DNA from: Paramoeba atlantica | Taxonomy: Eukaryota; Protista; Discosea | Assembly: GCA_977017575.1 (NCBI GenBank) | Contig: CDRNVI010000075.1 | Span: forward strand, 1-64,000 | Length of the DNA stretch: 64,000 bases | Reading direction: 5' to 3' | In this document: positions 20,363 through 32,516 of the stretch, piece after piece | Numbering within the stretch: position 1 is the stretch's first letter | How the letters are laid out: every line of letters begins with the position of its first letter | Notes under the pieces: generated by a model | What the model saw: the letters and a program-made list of their open reading frames with translations, nothing else | Database searches by the model: none | What the model was told of the DNA's origin: nothing | Translations under genes and position numbers: made by a program

Positions 20363-23300
20363 CTAGAAGCCATAAGTATCCTCCTCTGTACGGGGCTCCA
20401 AGAACCGACGCAACTGGCAGTTTAACACTGCCCCATTCAATTCTTGCAAATGCAGCGCAAAGTCTCGTTCCACCGCCTGCGGATTCATGGACGATTTCTC
20501 GGCCAAAATGTGTAGTAGCTCTCTTGTGTTGGCGTGAAGTGATCCGCTTGCAAGGATGGGTAAGCACCGAAAGTTGTCCTCTCTTAATATTTTGGTCGCC
20601 ACGTACTTGGTGCGTTTCCTCGTGATCGCGTCTTGGAGTGCTTTTGCTGGCTTGGTACCGAGAATGGAAGGAGCGAGCTCGTGTACGACTGTAAGGTCAT
20701 AAAAGATCTCCCCTGTGGCCCAATATACTACCAAATCGGGGCCCGATCGATGCAACGCGCTGCCTTTGCACGCTGTTGCATGCTCCCTCTTTCGCTCTTC
20801 GGAAATTACCTCCGAGCACCCGAGGCACGTGTACGATGAAAACTGACGGGGCTCCCGCTCGCATGGGATACCGGCCTTCATGCAAAGGTCGTAGATGTAA
20901 CGAATCAGACAATTGTGCTTCGTAGTCGAATTCGTTCCGGTGCACCTGACGCATCCCGGCACGTGGGTGAGAGCGGTCTAGCCGTTGATTTCCGTTTTGC
21001 AGCCCGGGCAGAGAAAGGATGAAGGGAGCTCCGGGTGACAGATACCGAGCCTCGGCATCACTGCTAGGGTGTATTGTCGCGTCGGTATAAATCGTTCGGT
21101 CGCGTGCAGCCACGAGTAGCTTCCTTTCCGAGTAGTTGCCTGCATTATCTGCGCAGTTTTCTTGGTTTCACACAGATGCGTTTTTATCGCCTTGTGTACT
21201 GCTTTCTCCGCAGACTCTTCTTCCGGTACAGCGGCCACTGTTGAGGCATCGCACGTCGCGACTTGAGCTGAAAACTTTTTTTGCTGCTCTAAAGCTGCGT
21301 GTTGCGAAGCCTCATATGCGGCCACTCGGATAGAGTCCGTTGAAGACAGGCCCAAACCACCCATCGACAGCGGCAAACGAGCCCACTCGACTTGATCGGA
21401 TGTCAAAGGACCAAGCCATGCTTTCAGAACGTCTTCTACCTCTGAGTCAAATTCCTTCGCCATCTCTCCAGATGCCTCCGGCGCGTGCGTTCGAATCTGG
21501 TATCTTTGTCTCACATTGACGCATTTCGACAGGATGAGGCACGAGACATTATTTGCTCCCATTCTCCGCAATCTTCTAAAAATTGTTTTATGCTTACGAA
21601 GATTCCTTAAAAGAAGATTGCTGACCCGTTCATTTTCTCCGATGTATGCCCCTAGTGCTTTCAGGGCATGTGACTCAGAATTCACCCCGGCCATCTTTAG
21701 AGTCTCTGGAATTTCTCTACCTTCTCTCCCGCCAAACCACACACATTTTCTGTTAGCGAGTTGTACATCTCTCTCGCCCAAAAGGTCCCACAGTCTATAG
21801 AACGCTTTCGTCAAAAGATCCGCGTTGTCGGACACCAGATTTATGTCATCGATATAGGCAAAAATTTTCAGCGTTGGGTATTCAAGAGCCAATGTTGCGA
21901 GCATTGGCTGCATGAAGGTGCAGAAAAGAAAGCTGGAAAGCGGCGACCCCTGCCGCACACCTCGAGAACTACTAACCGTGCCGTGTAGCGTACCATCTTT
22001 CCCGTAGAACAACAGTTCAGATGGTTTAGAATATTGCGCATGGAAGAGACGTTGGAAAGGACGAAGCGTAGCATAAGAGTACAGAGAGTCGGCGATGTGA
22101 TCGCGATACGGTGAATTGAATGCATTGCACAGATCAATCGACAGAATTTTTTCACCCTTCATGTAGCTCTCCTGAAGTTGATGCACGATGGACTCGCATC
22201 CTGATTTTTGCGATACCCCGTATTGCCAAGGAGCAAACAAAGTGCCAAGGGATCGTTCGTATTTCTGTAGCATAACCACTTCCGCTAGCTTCAGAAACAT
22301 TTCCCCAACCGCGACAGGGCGAATACCTCCGTCGGCTTTCGGAATAGCAACCAGCCGCGCTCTTTTAAGTCTTGTCATCACCTCGTCCGCTACCTTCCCG
22401 TTGATCACATCCAAGAGCATGTGACATAGGGCAGAGCAACATACTTCGTCATCCAGAAGTATGCGAACGATTCCATCCGTGGTTCCAGAAGGGCCAGGAG
22501 CTGCTCCCTTAGCAAGACGTCGTCCAGCCTCTCGAAGTTCTTGTGTCGATAAAATCGCCAAAGCTGGAGCATCTGCTGGAAGGTGGAATGTGCGTTCGGA
22601 ATATGGATGAAGCGTTTTCAATTTCGCGATCGTCTCCTCGTCAGACAGCTTGCGCTCGATTACCTCCTGGTCCAACACTTTTGTGGCCTTAGATGCACAT
22701 CCCTCAACGACCAACCGAATCGCTTTTTTGATCGCTCGGGCGTCCGAGGCTTCCTCATCCTCCATCGCATTCTCTGCCTTTTGGAGCTCGCGTTTCGATT
22801 TCATTGGCCTTCTGCGACGTCTACGCGTGTAGGCCTCACGAACAGCAGCTAAAGAGAACTTCATCGCCGACATCAGTCTATGCCAGATTTTGTTTCTCTG
22901 ATCGTACCCACAGTCCGCATAGTCCCTGATCAATTCCCGGTAAACCGCTATGACGCACGGGACGAATTCCGATCCTATCGATTTGACAGTGGGAATTGGC
23001 TCCAAATCCAAATCACATTCCGTATTGGTCACGCTTGGAATTAATGGATCACTTTGATTTGTAGTGGGTGAGTCGCCAGGATTTCCTTGGGCTTCCGGTC
23101 CGACTTGTCCATCCATCCACACTATTCTGTATATCCTAACATTCGGTTGCGGTGGTAAGGTCCCCACGAAAGCTTCTTGTACTTGATGACCCTTAATCCC
23201 CTGATAGTCGATAGCTATTTTGCGAATGCCCGCTCTTGTTTTAACTGAATCCACCACTCCAATCGAGATATTCAACAAGGGCTGTCGATCAAAACTCCAT

Positions 23301-24491
23301 GCAACTACGCATTCATTCCCTAGTCGAGCGTCTTTCGTCTGCTGCGCTATTCGTTCTGGGCTCAGGGGGAAGTCAACACCAATCCGCACCGTAGCGTAAA
23401 GCGCTCGAACTATCCGGGTGACCGCATTTACATTTCCTGATGTATCTGTGATTCGCAAATCTTCGTTTTCGAATCTCTGCTGCTCATGTGCTGTCGGCGG
23501 GCTATCGCAATCCAGAAATTCATTTAACACCTCATCAGGTGACATGATACCGGGTGTCAAGGGTCTAGGGGTGGCCTCTGTTACCAGAAAGGGTGGTGGA
23601 GAAGAATATTGTGGAGACATGAGTTCTGCAACGGAAATATTCGTAACCGGTAGCGGAGACGGCAACTTCTGAAATGGGGACGACGGATCTGTTGCCGTAT
23701 TTTCCGTGGCTTGAGTACGATTCTGCGTGGCCGCCACCGGTCTCTGCGTGGCCGCCACCGGGCTTTGCGTAGTTCTTTCTTGTGCCTGTGGGGATACCGC
23801 TCGGGCGTAAGAAATTTGTTTCTGGCTCACGGTGTTGGGCGACGTGTCAATGTCCCCTCCAATAATTCGTATTCGCGGGCGGTTCCCGTTCTTCGCCTCT
23901 TTTGGTCCATCACAGTTCATGAGATTCAGCCTCTTGCCAAGGCGACGAAATATATTGGACGGCAGGTGTGCAGTTTTAATTTTAACCGTGGACCCGTTTC
24001 CTTCCGTGGACCCGTTTCCTTCTGTCATGCCACTGTTTTGCTGGTTCCCACGTTTGGGGTGTGCCTTCGGAGACGGAGGTGTTATTGAATTTGGAAGCGG
24101 AGGTGGCGGAGAGAGCGGCTCCCGAGGCAGGGGTAGGGTCGACTGCTGGGGCGGTTGCGGAGGCGACTGCGGAAGTGGTGACTGCGTAGGTCGCGATTGC
24201 GGGGGTTGGGGGGGGGGGAGGGGCCTGCGGTGGAGGAGCGTTCGGCGATGAGTTCTGTGGGGGCGTGTCGCTCGGCGGCTTGTCGGGAAATTTCTTCTGT
24301 GATGACAAAGGCGGCAATTGCGTCGCTGGCGCGGCTCGAGGAGGTGGGGAATTCTGTGCGGGTGGAGCGCCACGTGGGGGAGAGTTCGGAGCGACCGGCG
24401 CCGATTTCTTTCTGCGGCGGGCTGGGGCTAGAGGCAAAATCTCGGGAGCTACTCCTGATTCTTTCGCCTTGGAGCGAGTTACCACTCCCAT
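20363..24491 (-). pseudogene. Near full-length family B RLE element
   Basis: Starts MGVVTRSKAK at 24491, frameshifts in the G-run near 24205, and has one in-frame TAG at 20978-20980 (ING*TALTH; homologues read LDGNTALTH). RT has AYIDD and the RLE is complete. Confidence 0.9.
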
Positions 24492-24559
24492 TGAAGAGTA
24501 AACGATTAGAAACAACAATTAAAAAGCAACAACAATAGGCTCCAATGAAAGGCCGAATC

Positions 24560-25492
24560 TTCCGTCATTATTGCTGGCAATTCTAGGTCGATACGAATAC
24601 GATGCTCTAGTAAATCGACACTGTGCTGATCGACCGATCGGAGGTACTCATTCCACGTCCGAACATCGTGAAACACAAACTTCCCAGGCACTTCTTCGCA
24701 CGGTTCAAATTCTGATGCGTCCTCAATCTTCCCAGGCATTATTGGAATCTGGTTAACGACGTGAACTCTTGTGTAGATGACACCATCCTTTGGGAAAGGG
24801 AAGTCCCCTTTTTCGTATTTAACAATCAAATTGGGATTTCCATCATCATCGTTACCCGCCTTTGGGTTGCCTCGCCATGTTATTGCGGTAAGTGGGCCGT
24901 TTTTCTCGAGGTACCAGGTTACGTCGATTTCAACCTCATTTTCTTCCAGTAGTGCTGTAATGCGTAAAACCTTCTCTTGCATTTCGTCCTCTGAAAGAGG
25001 TTCCGCGGACATCGCTGGGTTTCGGGTTATGTTTCTCACCGAAGTCTGAGAGGTGGGTACCGGAGTGGAACGGTCGTTCCCAGAAGCTAAAGGGCTGACG
25101 CGTAGGTTTTGAATAAGCGCCTCTAATCGTTCATCTGACTGTGTAGTACGGCGCTCCAAAAATGACTGCTGCTCCTGTTGGGCTTTCAGAAGTGTCTCAA
25201 GTTGTCTTGATAGTCCACCAAATACTTCCAGCATCTGGTTGGCAGATTGGACGCGCGGATCAACAGCACCATTTTGTGCGCTTGCCGCAGTTTGCGAACT
25301 CGTTTCTTCTTCTACTACACGGCTAAAGGGGTTCGCGAGTCTCGGTACAGAACGGGACCGTTGACGCGTCGCTCTGCGCTTGTTCAGATTTGGATAAATT
25401 GGAATTGGCTCCTCTGTGTCCTCTTCAGGAGAAATAGCATGCTCTGGGCGTATTGCGGCTTGCGCAGCGGCCTGAGATCGAGTTGTCGGCAT
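24560..25492 (-). pseudogene. YR retrotransposon gag-like ORF1 fragment
   Basis: MPTTRS start. FHDVRTWNEYL matches IRDVRTWNKYL in 42647..43375, which lies directly upstream of a YR. Confidence 0.72.
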
Positions 25493-25659
25493 AAAACTTT
25501 TTCTTTTCAAATAGCGGAAATGTTCTAACACGTACAACAATAATGATAATAATGCCATATGTTTTCGATATAAGACGTAATCAAAATTATTTTCTCAAGT
25601 TTACATAACATTTATTTATAATATTTAGTATTGCAGGAACTCTTTAAAAAAAAAAAAAG

Positions 25660-26808
25660 ACAAACATATCATATGCGTGTTCACAATCCCGCCGCCTCCG
25701 AAAATTCAGCGGAGGGCTTTGACACGGAAACTGAGAAAGTGGTCGAATCGTGGTTCGGAGAATTAAATGAAGAACAAATGTCGCTAATACGCATGCCAAC
25801 GAAGAAAGGGGGCTTAGGATTAACAGCATGCGCAACGACAAGAAGGGCAGCATATGAATCATCCAGGTACTCGGTTCTTGAGCAACAAGTGAACAACTCA
25901 GCTCGGGCCGACAACCTCGAAATACAAAGCGCCCACGACCAGCAGCACACAAGTATTCCTCCCAATGACACAACAACTACGGCAGCCCAGATACACTCTA
26001 GAACCTGGAAGAAATTGACAAGCGGCACATCGGACATGTCCAAAATACTCGAGAAAGTAGCATTCAAAGGAAACAGCGAGTGGGTACTGTCGGACACAAA
26101 ATTAATTCCACCCCACCTCTTCCGACTTGCCATAATGCCGAGACTTGGAATTGCACATCCGGATTTGCCCTCCCATATTATTTGTCCAGAGTGCAAAATT
26201 CTTCTGAATTCTGACAACATGATACGCCAGTTTCTGGGAAGTTTCCCAGTTACGCCAGTTTCTGGGAAGTTCGCAAGGCAAGACTCGGATGTACGCAAGT
26301 GCATATTAAGTTGATTTCTTTATAAGTATACGAGATGAAATTTAGGAGACTATCATTGTGAGACTATCATTATTGGTATTGCCCCGAAAGGGGTCTAAAC
26401 TATGTTTCTTAAACTTCTTTTGTTTACTACCCCCTCTGAATACAAAGCTGTGTACAATTTTCAACATTTTCAACTTCTTTTAGTTTACTCAAACCAAATA
26501 GGGCAGCAAAAAAAAAAAACATGATACGTCATATTACAGGATGCTCAAAATGCGCTGGTTTAAACGCAACGGTAAAGCACAGCACCCTGGTCAACTTCTT
26601 ATACGAACTGTGTTTAAAAACCGGCATTCCGTGTGAAAAGGAGCCTCGAACTTTTTCCACCCTCCATTGCACACAATGCAACGAGATGGTTGAACCAAAC
26701 CACAAACGGACCCACGAACGAGCATGTGGAGGCAGGTCTTTCCGTCGGTCCGGGCCAGATCTCGTTATCTATTGGGCAAGTGGGGAAATATATTACGACC
26801 TAACCGAC
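25660..26808 (+). pseudogene. Family B RLE fragments (post-RT region, knuckle, RLE), interrupted at ~26220-26520
   Basis: MPTKKGGLGL, CPEC, GPDL, YYDLT in ORFs 25631..26314 and 26521..26892. Confidence 0.8.
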
Positions 26809-26809
26809 C

Positions 26810-27235
26810 ATACCCCCCACAACTCCAATCCTTCCTTTCGTATCTTCCCCTCCAGCATCTGTGTGGGCTCGTTCGGTTCATCCTTCCTGTGAAATACCGC
26901 ACGAACTCTTACACTTGGTCTTTCACCTTGAGCAACAAGTAACTTTTCTCTCACAACCGTACATAGTTGATTCAAAGCCTGTGCAGGCAGCGGCTCGGTA
27001 GGCGCGAGCTCGTCTGCACCGGGTGACACACTCCGTAAATTCCGTAAAGAACGCGTCGATGAAGTCATAGCAACTTTCCTTACGCGAATAGGGAGTGAAA
27101 AACAAACTACAAGGTGACAATTGTAATTTTTCTATACACATATTTATCACATATTAATAGATCATAATAAAATATTATTATGTGCCCCGTAGGGCCACAC
27201 ATACCCTCTATAATATAGAAAACCTGCAAATCCTC
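26810..27235 (-). mobile_element. 5' end of a YR element (A-repeat hairpin plus start of gag)
   Basis: TGGCCCTACGGGGCACATA motif at 27179-27196, about 110 nt upstream of MTSSTRS (27068). Confidence 0.6.
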
Positions 27236-27257
27236 TTCAAACAATTCTTTTCGTAAA

Positions 27258-29086
27258 CTATAAGTCTGTGGACGAGTTTTCTTTCACTGGGCAATAGTTT
27301 GCTGCAAAGTGCGTTTTCAGCGTTTCAAGCTTATCTTTGACAGACTTTCCTTGTACATGAAGAGCTGTCCTTTCATCCCCTATAACCTCCTTAACCATCC
27401 TCCAGGATCCTCGCGGTCGCTTCTTAAAGTTCTTCTCTAAATTTTGGCACTCCAACTGAACGAGGTCAGTAAGTTGCTTTTCATGTTCTCGCACAAACTT
27501 ATCGAAACGTTTCCTATTACTTGATATTTTGTATAAAGCTTGCAGATTTACCGGTGCGTCATTACATACTGGAGTGGCAAAACTGAGAGGAACATCTGTT
27601 TTCGGCTGAGACTTGAGACATATTTGCGCCTCCTGGATACTTGTTTTTACTGACAACCATAATTGCTCGACATCCCTGTCTTCTAACTCACTTTGAGAAT
27701 GATCAGGTTGTGGGTCAAAGTGAGCTGCAACGCTGGCGGAAAACAGTTGTCGAATTCCAGGATCACGCAATAGATACCATGGAGGATGCATGTGTGGATT
27801 CTTTTTATGCACTTTCCATTTGATGTTAATGTGCGCTTCCACGGCATAATGTCCTGTGCAAATGGGAGGGTAGATAACTCGGTGCCTATTAATACTTACT
27901 ACATTACTAAATTGCAGACGCAAATCGTCGGTTCAGAATAATGTGATCGAGCTGTTTCTTGTAGCCATTCGGAAATATGAAGGTCCAGTCTCTCGAAGCA
28001 GGACAAACTTCGAATCCAGAGACAGCATCTATGTTATCCAAGAACGTTCGCAGTCCACAGTACGCAGGCGAGGATTCTTTTCCCTTCAAATCTTGTGTTA
28101 AGGGTGCGTTGAAATCACCCATAACAGCTTTCAATGGATATTTGCTTCGCGTGAAGGAATCACTAAGGCGCAACAAAAACTCCTTGCGTTCTTCTTCCGA
28201 AACAGTTGCCGTTGGAGCGTACACGTTGTATATCGCGGCTTGGAAAGGCTTCATGTCAATTTGAGCATATGCTATTCTCTCTGAAACGCTGACGATACGA
28301 TCTATCGCAAACCGACTGATGAACATCAGTCCGCCGTACCCATTTTTGGCAGACAAGAAGTATAAGAAGAATTTAGTAGTCCCAATTCGAATCGTTCGAA
28401 ACAGTGACTCCGCGCATGTAAAGCGAGTTTCCTGTAGGCAGCAGATCTGTATGTCACGTAAAACGAGCAGCCGAAGAACTAGACGCAACCTGGCACATCT
28501 CCGCAATGAAATTCTATCAGGCCCGTCCAGCCCCAATGTCGTTACATTTAATGTCATAATAGCCAAACCCTTGTTCCTGGCTTTGCTCAAACAGGGTTTC
28601 TCATAACTGGGGGCGCCACGCCCAGTCACATTCCGAGGATAGTACCTCCTTCGCTTTCTCCTACGGGTTTCCGATCGCGGTGTCTTGACGCGGCCTGCAC
28701 AAACAACAACTGTATCATCTATTGGAGGAAATGGGAATAACTTGTCCGGAACTCGCTCGTACTGTACCCACCATCCCCCGTTCTTCCTTTTCTTTATCGC
28801 TGTTCCTTCCCAAAGATGTAGAATGTTGCGGAATGTCATAGTCCAGACAACAGCTATCTTCGCTTGCGGTGTAATAGAAAGTGACATCTGGTTAAATGTC
28901 CTCGGGCGAAACTTTGGTACAACCCGATTCTTACCGCCTTTCGAAGGCAAGAACAGGTTGCTCCGACCCAACCTGGCGCAGCTGAGCTCCTCAACTACTG
29001 CATCAAAGCTCACCGAACCGGAGGCCTCCGCTACTTTTAAGGCATCGCACGAGCTGAATGTGCCAGACATGGCGACGTACGATGCT
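27258..29086 (-). pseudogene. APE-endonuclease LINE fragment, truncated before RT
   Basis: IMTLNV, CLQET, NVYAP, MGDFNA, WTF, LDHI. Frameshift near 27910; TGH stands where SDH is expected. Confidence 0.88.
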
Positions 29087-31540
29087 TTAATAAAAGTAAA
29101 GGTCTTAATAAAAGTAAAGGTCTTAATAAAAGTAAAGGTCTTAATAAAAGTAAAGGTCTTAATAAAAGTAAAGGTCTTAATAAAAGTAAAGGTCTTAATA
29201 AAAGTAAAGGTCTTAATAAAAGTAAAGGTCTTAATAAAAGTAAAGGTCTTAATAAAAGTAAAGGTCTTAATAAAAGTAAAGGTCTTAATAAAAGTAAAGG
29301 TCTTAATAAAAGTAAAGGTCTTAATAAAAGTAAAGGTCTTAATAAAAGTAAAGGTCTTAATAAAAGTAAAGGTCTTAATAAAAGTAAAGGTCTTAATTAA
29401 AGTAAAGGTCTTAATAAAAGTAAAGGTCTTAATAAAAGTAAAGGTCTTAATAAAAGTAAAGGTCTTAATAAAAGTAAAGGTCTTAATAAAAGTAAAGGTC
29501 TTAATAAAAGTAAAGGTCTTAATAAAAGTAAAGGTCTTAATAAAAGTAAAGGTCTTAATAAAAGTAAAGGTCTTAATAAAAGTAAAGGTCTTAATAAAAG
29601 TAAAGGTCTTAATAAAAGTAAAGGTCTTAATAAAAGTAAAGGTCTTAATAAAAGTAAAGGTCTTAATAAAAGTAAAGGTCTTAATAAAAGTAAAGGTCTT
29701 AATAAAAGTAAAGGTCTTAATAAAAGTAAAGGTCTTAATAAAAGTAAAGGTCTTAATAAAAGTAAAGGTCTTAATAAAAGTAAAGGTCTTAATAAAAGTA
29801 AAGGTCTTAATAAAAATAAAGGTCTTAATAAAAGTAAAGGTCTTAATAAAAGTAAAGGTCTTAATAAAAGTAAAGGTCTTAATAAAAGTAAAGGTCTTAA
29901 TAAAAGTAAAGGTCTTAATAAAAGTAAAGGTCTTAATAAAAGTAAAGGTCTTAATAAAAGTAAAGGTCTTAATAAAAGTAAAGGTCTTAATAAAAGTAAA
30001 GGTCTTAATAAAAGTAAAGGTCTTAATAAAAGTAAAGGTCTTAATAAAAGTAAAGGTCTTAATAAAAGTAAAGGTCTTAATAAAAGTAAAGGTCTTAATT
30101 AAAGTAAAGGTCTTAATAAAAGTCAAGGTCTTAAAAAAAGTAAAGGTCTTAATAAAAGTAAAGGTCTTAATAAAAGTAAAGGTCTTAATAAAAGTAAAGG
30201 TCTTAATAAAAGTAAAGGTCTTAATAAAAGTAAAGGTCTTAATAAAAGTAAAGGTCTTAATAAAAGTAAAGGTCTTAATTAAAGTAAAGGTCTTAATAAA
30301 AGTCAAGGTCTTAATAAAAGTAAAGGTCTTAATAAAAGTAAAGGTCTTAATAGAAGTAAAGGTCTTAATAAAAGTAAAGGTCTTAATAAAAGTAAAGGTC
30401 TTAATAAAAGTAAAGGTCTTAATAAAAGTAAAGGTCTTAATAAAAGTAAAGGTCTTAATAAAAGTAAAGGTCTTAATAAAAGTAAAGGTCTTAATAAAAG
30501 TAAAGGTCTTAATAAAAGTAAAGGTCTTAATAAAAGTAAAGGTCTTAATAAAAGTAAAGGTCTTAATAAAAGTAAAGGTCTTAATAAAAGTAAAGGTCTT
30601 AATAAAAGTAAAGGTCTTAATAAAAGTAAAGGTCTTAATAAAAGTAAAGGTCTTAATAAAAGTAAAGGTCTTAATAAAAGTAAAGGTCTTAATAAAAGTA
30701 AAGGTCTTAATAAAAGTAAAGGTCTTAATAAAAGTAAAGGTCTTAATAAAAGTAAAGGTCTTAATAAAAGTAAAGGTCTTAATAAAAGTAAAGGTCTTAA
30801 TAAAAATAAAGGTCTTAATAAAAGTAAAGGTCTTAATAAAAATAAAGGTCTTAATAAAAGTAAAGGTCTTAATAAAAGTAAAGGTCTTAATAAAAGTAAA
30901 GGTCTTAATAAAAGTAAAGGTCTTAATAAAAGTAAAGGTCTTAATAAAAGTAAAGGTCTCAATAAAAGCAAAGGTCTTAATAAAAGTAAAGGTCTTAATA
31001 AAAGTAAAGGTCTTAATAAAAGTAAAGGTCTTAATAAAAGTAAAGGTCTTAATAAAAGTAAAGGTCTTAATAAAAGTAAAGGTCTTAATAAAAGTAAAGG
31101 TCTTAATAAAAGTAAAGGTCTTAATAAAAGTAAAGGTCTTAATAAAAGTAAAGGTCTTAATAAAAGTAAAGGTCTTAATAAAAGTAAAGGTCTTAATAAA
31201 AGTAAAGGTCTTAATAAAAGTAAAGGTCTTAATAAAAGTAAAGGTCTTAATAAAAGTAAAGGTCTTAATAAAAGTAAAGGTCGTTAATAAAAGTAAAGGT
31301 CTTAATAAAAGTAAAGGTCTTAATAAAAGTAAAGGTCTTAATAAAAGTAAAGGTCTTAATAAAAGTAAAGGTCTTAATAAAAGTAAAGGTCTTAATAAAA
31401 GTAAAGGTCTTAATAAAAGTAAAGGACTTAATAAAAGTAAAGGTCTTAATAAAAGTAAAGGTCTTAATAAAAGTAAAGGTCTTAATAAAAGTAAAGGTCT
31501 TAATAAAAGTAAAGGTCTTAATAAAAGTAAAGGTCTTAAT
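29087..31540. repeat. 18-bp satellite (TTAATAAAAGTAAAGGTC)n, left arm
   Basis: About 136 units with rare substitutions and a +1 insertion near 31283. Confidence 0.98.
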
Positions 31541-32516
31541 GAAATTCACGTCGTCTTTTCCCTTCCCGACATAGAATCAATAAATGAAATAAATAAAACA
31601 TGAAACTTGAATAAAATCAACATTCACAAAATACACTCACTCTAAATCCCTTATTCCTTAATACGCCTTCCCTCATATTCATCTTCCATACTATAGTATA
31701 ATCCTTATTCCAAATTCAAGTAACTTACGAATGGGCATTGCCCACCAACCCGCGAAATGGTTGGGGGTTGGTGGGTGGGAACGATTTTGTAACTGTTTGA
31801 AATTGAATGTCTCTATTACACAAGAAATAATATTTGATATAATCCGATAAAACTAGAAAATTCAATAATAACTAGATCAATTAAAACATTCTCTCCGATA
31901 ATTTATTATTAAGATCATAGTAATCATACTATGTGCCCCGAAGGGCCACCACTCATCACGTATAATAAAAGTCGTCTAAATTTCAAATCGTATACTAATA
32001 GAAATTCACGTCGTCTTTTCCCTTCCCGACATAGAATCAATAAATGAAGTAAATAAAACATGAAACTTGAATAAAATCAACATTCACAAAATACACTCAC
32101 TCTAAATCCCTTATTCCTTAATACGCCTTCCCTCATATTCATCTTCCATACTATAGTATAATCCTTATTCCAAATTCAAGTAACTTACGAATGGGCATTG
32201 CCCACCAACCCGCGAACCAAACCCGTTCGCCAGTCACCACACCCTCACGCACACTCTCTCCTCGCATCTCACACTACCCGTTCACTGATGTCATGAACCA
32301 AGATTTAGTGGCGGCTGAATCTTGCTTCATACAAACACACACAACTCAATAATAGTACCTCAATAATAGTAATAGTAATCTGTTTTTTTTTTTTGTAAAA
32401 TAAAGTTTTCCGCGTCTGCTAGTTCCTGGCAAATTAGTGATGTACGTCGACGCGAATAGAAAAACTATGTGAAATAGAAAACTAAACGTTGCCTTTCACA
32501 CAGTATGATATCCCTC

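Noticed and set aside
20978-20980. In-frame TAG suggesting stop-codon reassignment
   Set aside because: Homologous ORFs end at TAA, TAG and TGA in equivalent C-terminal positions, so a single nonsense mutation is simpler.
4112-24491. Spliced-leader, rRNA, snRNA or tRNA target genes expected for RLE elements
   Set aside because: None was recognisable at element junctions. GGGGCGTAGC at ~45231 lacks a tRNA cloverleaf.
27907-31603. Long ORFs of IKTFTF, IKVKVL, NKSKGL and LLLLRP repeats
   Set aside because: These are translations of the 18-bp satellite. Several stop-free frames are expected for a short unit that is a multiple of 3, and nothing indicates expression.
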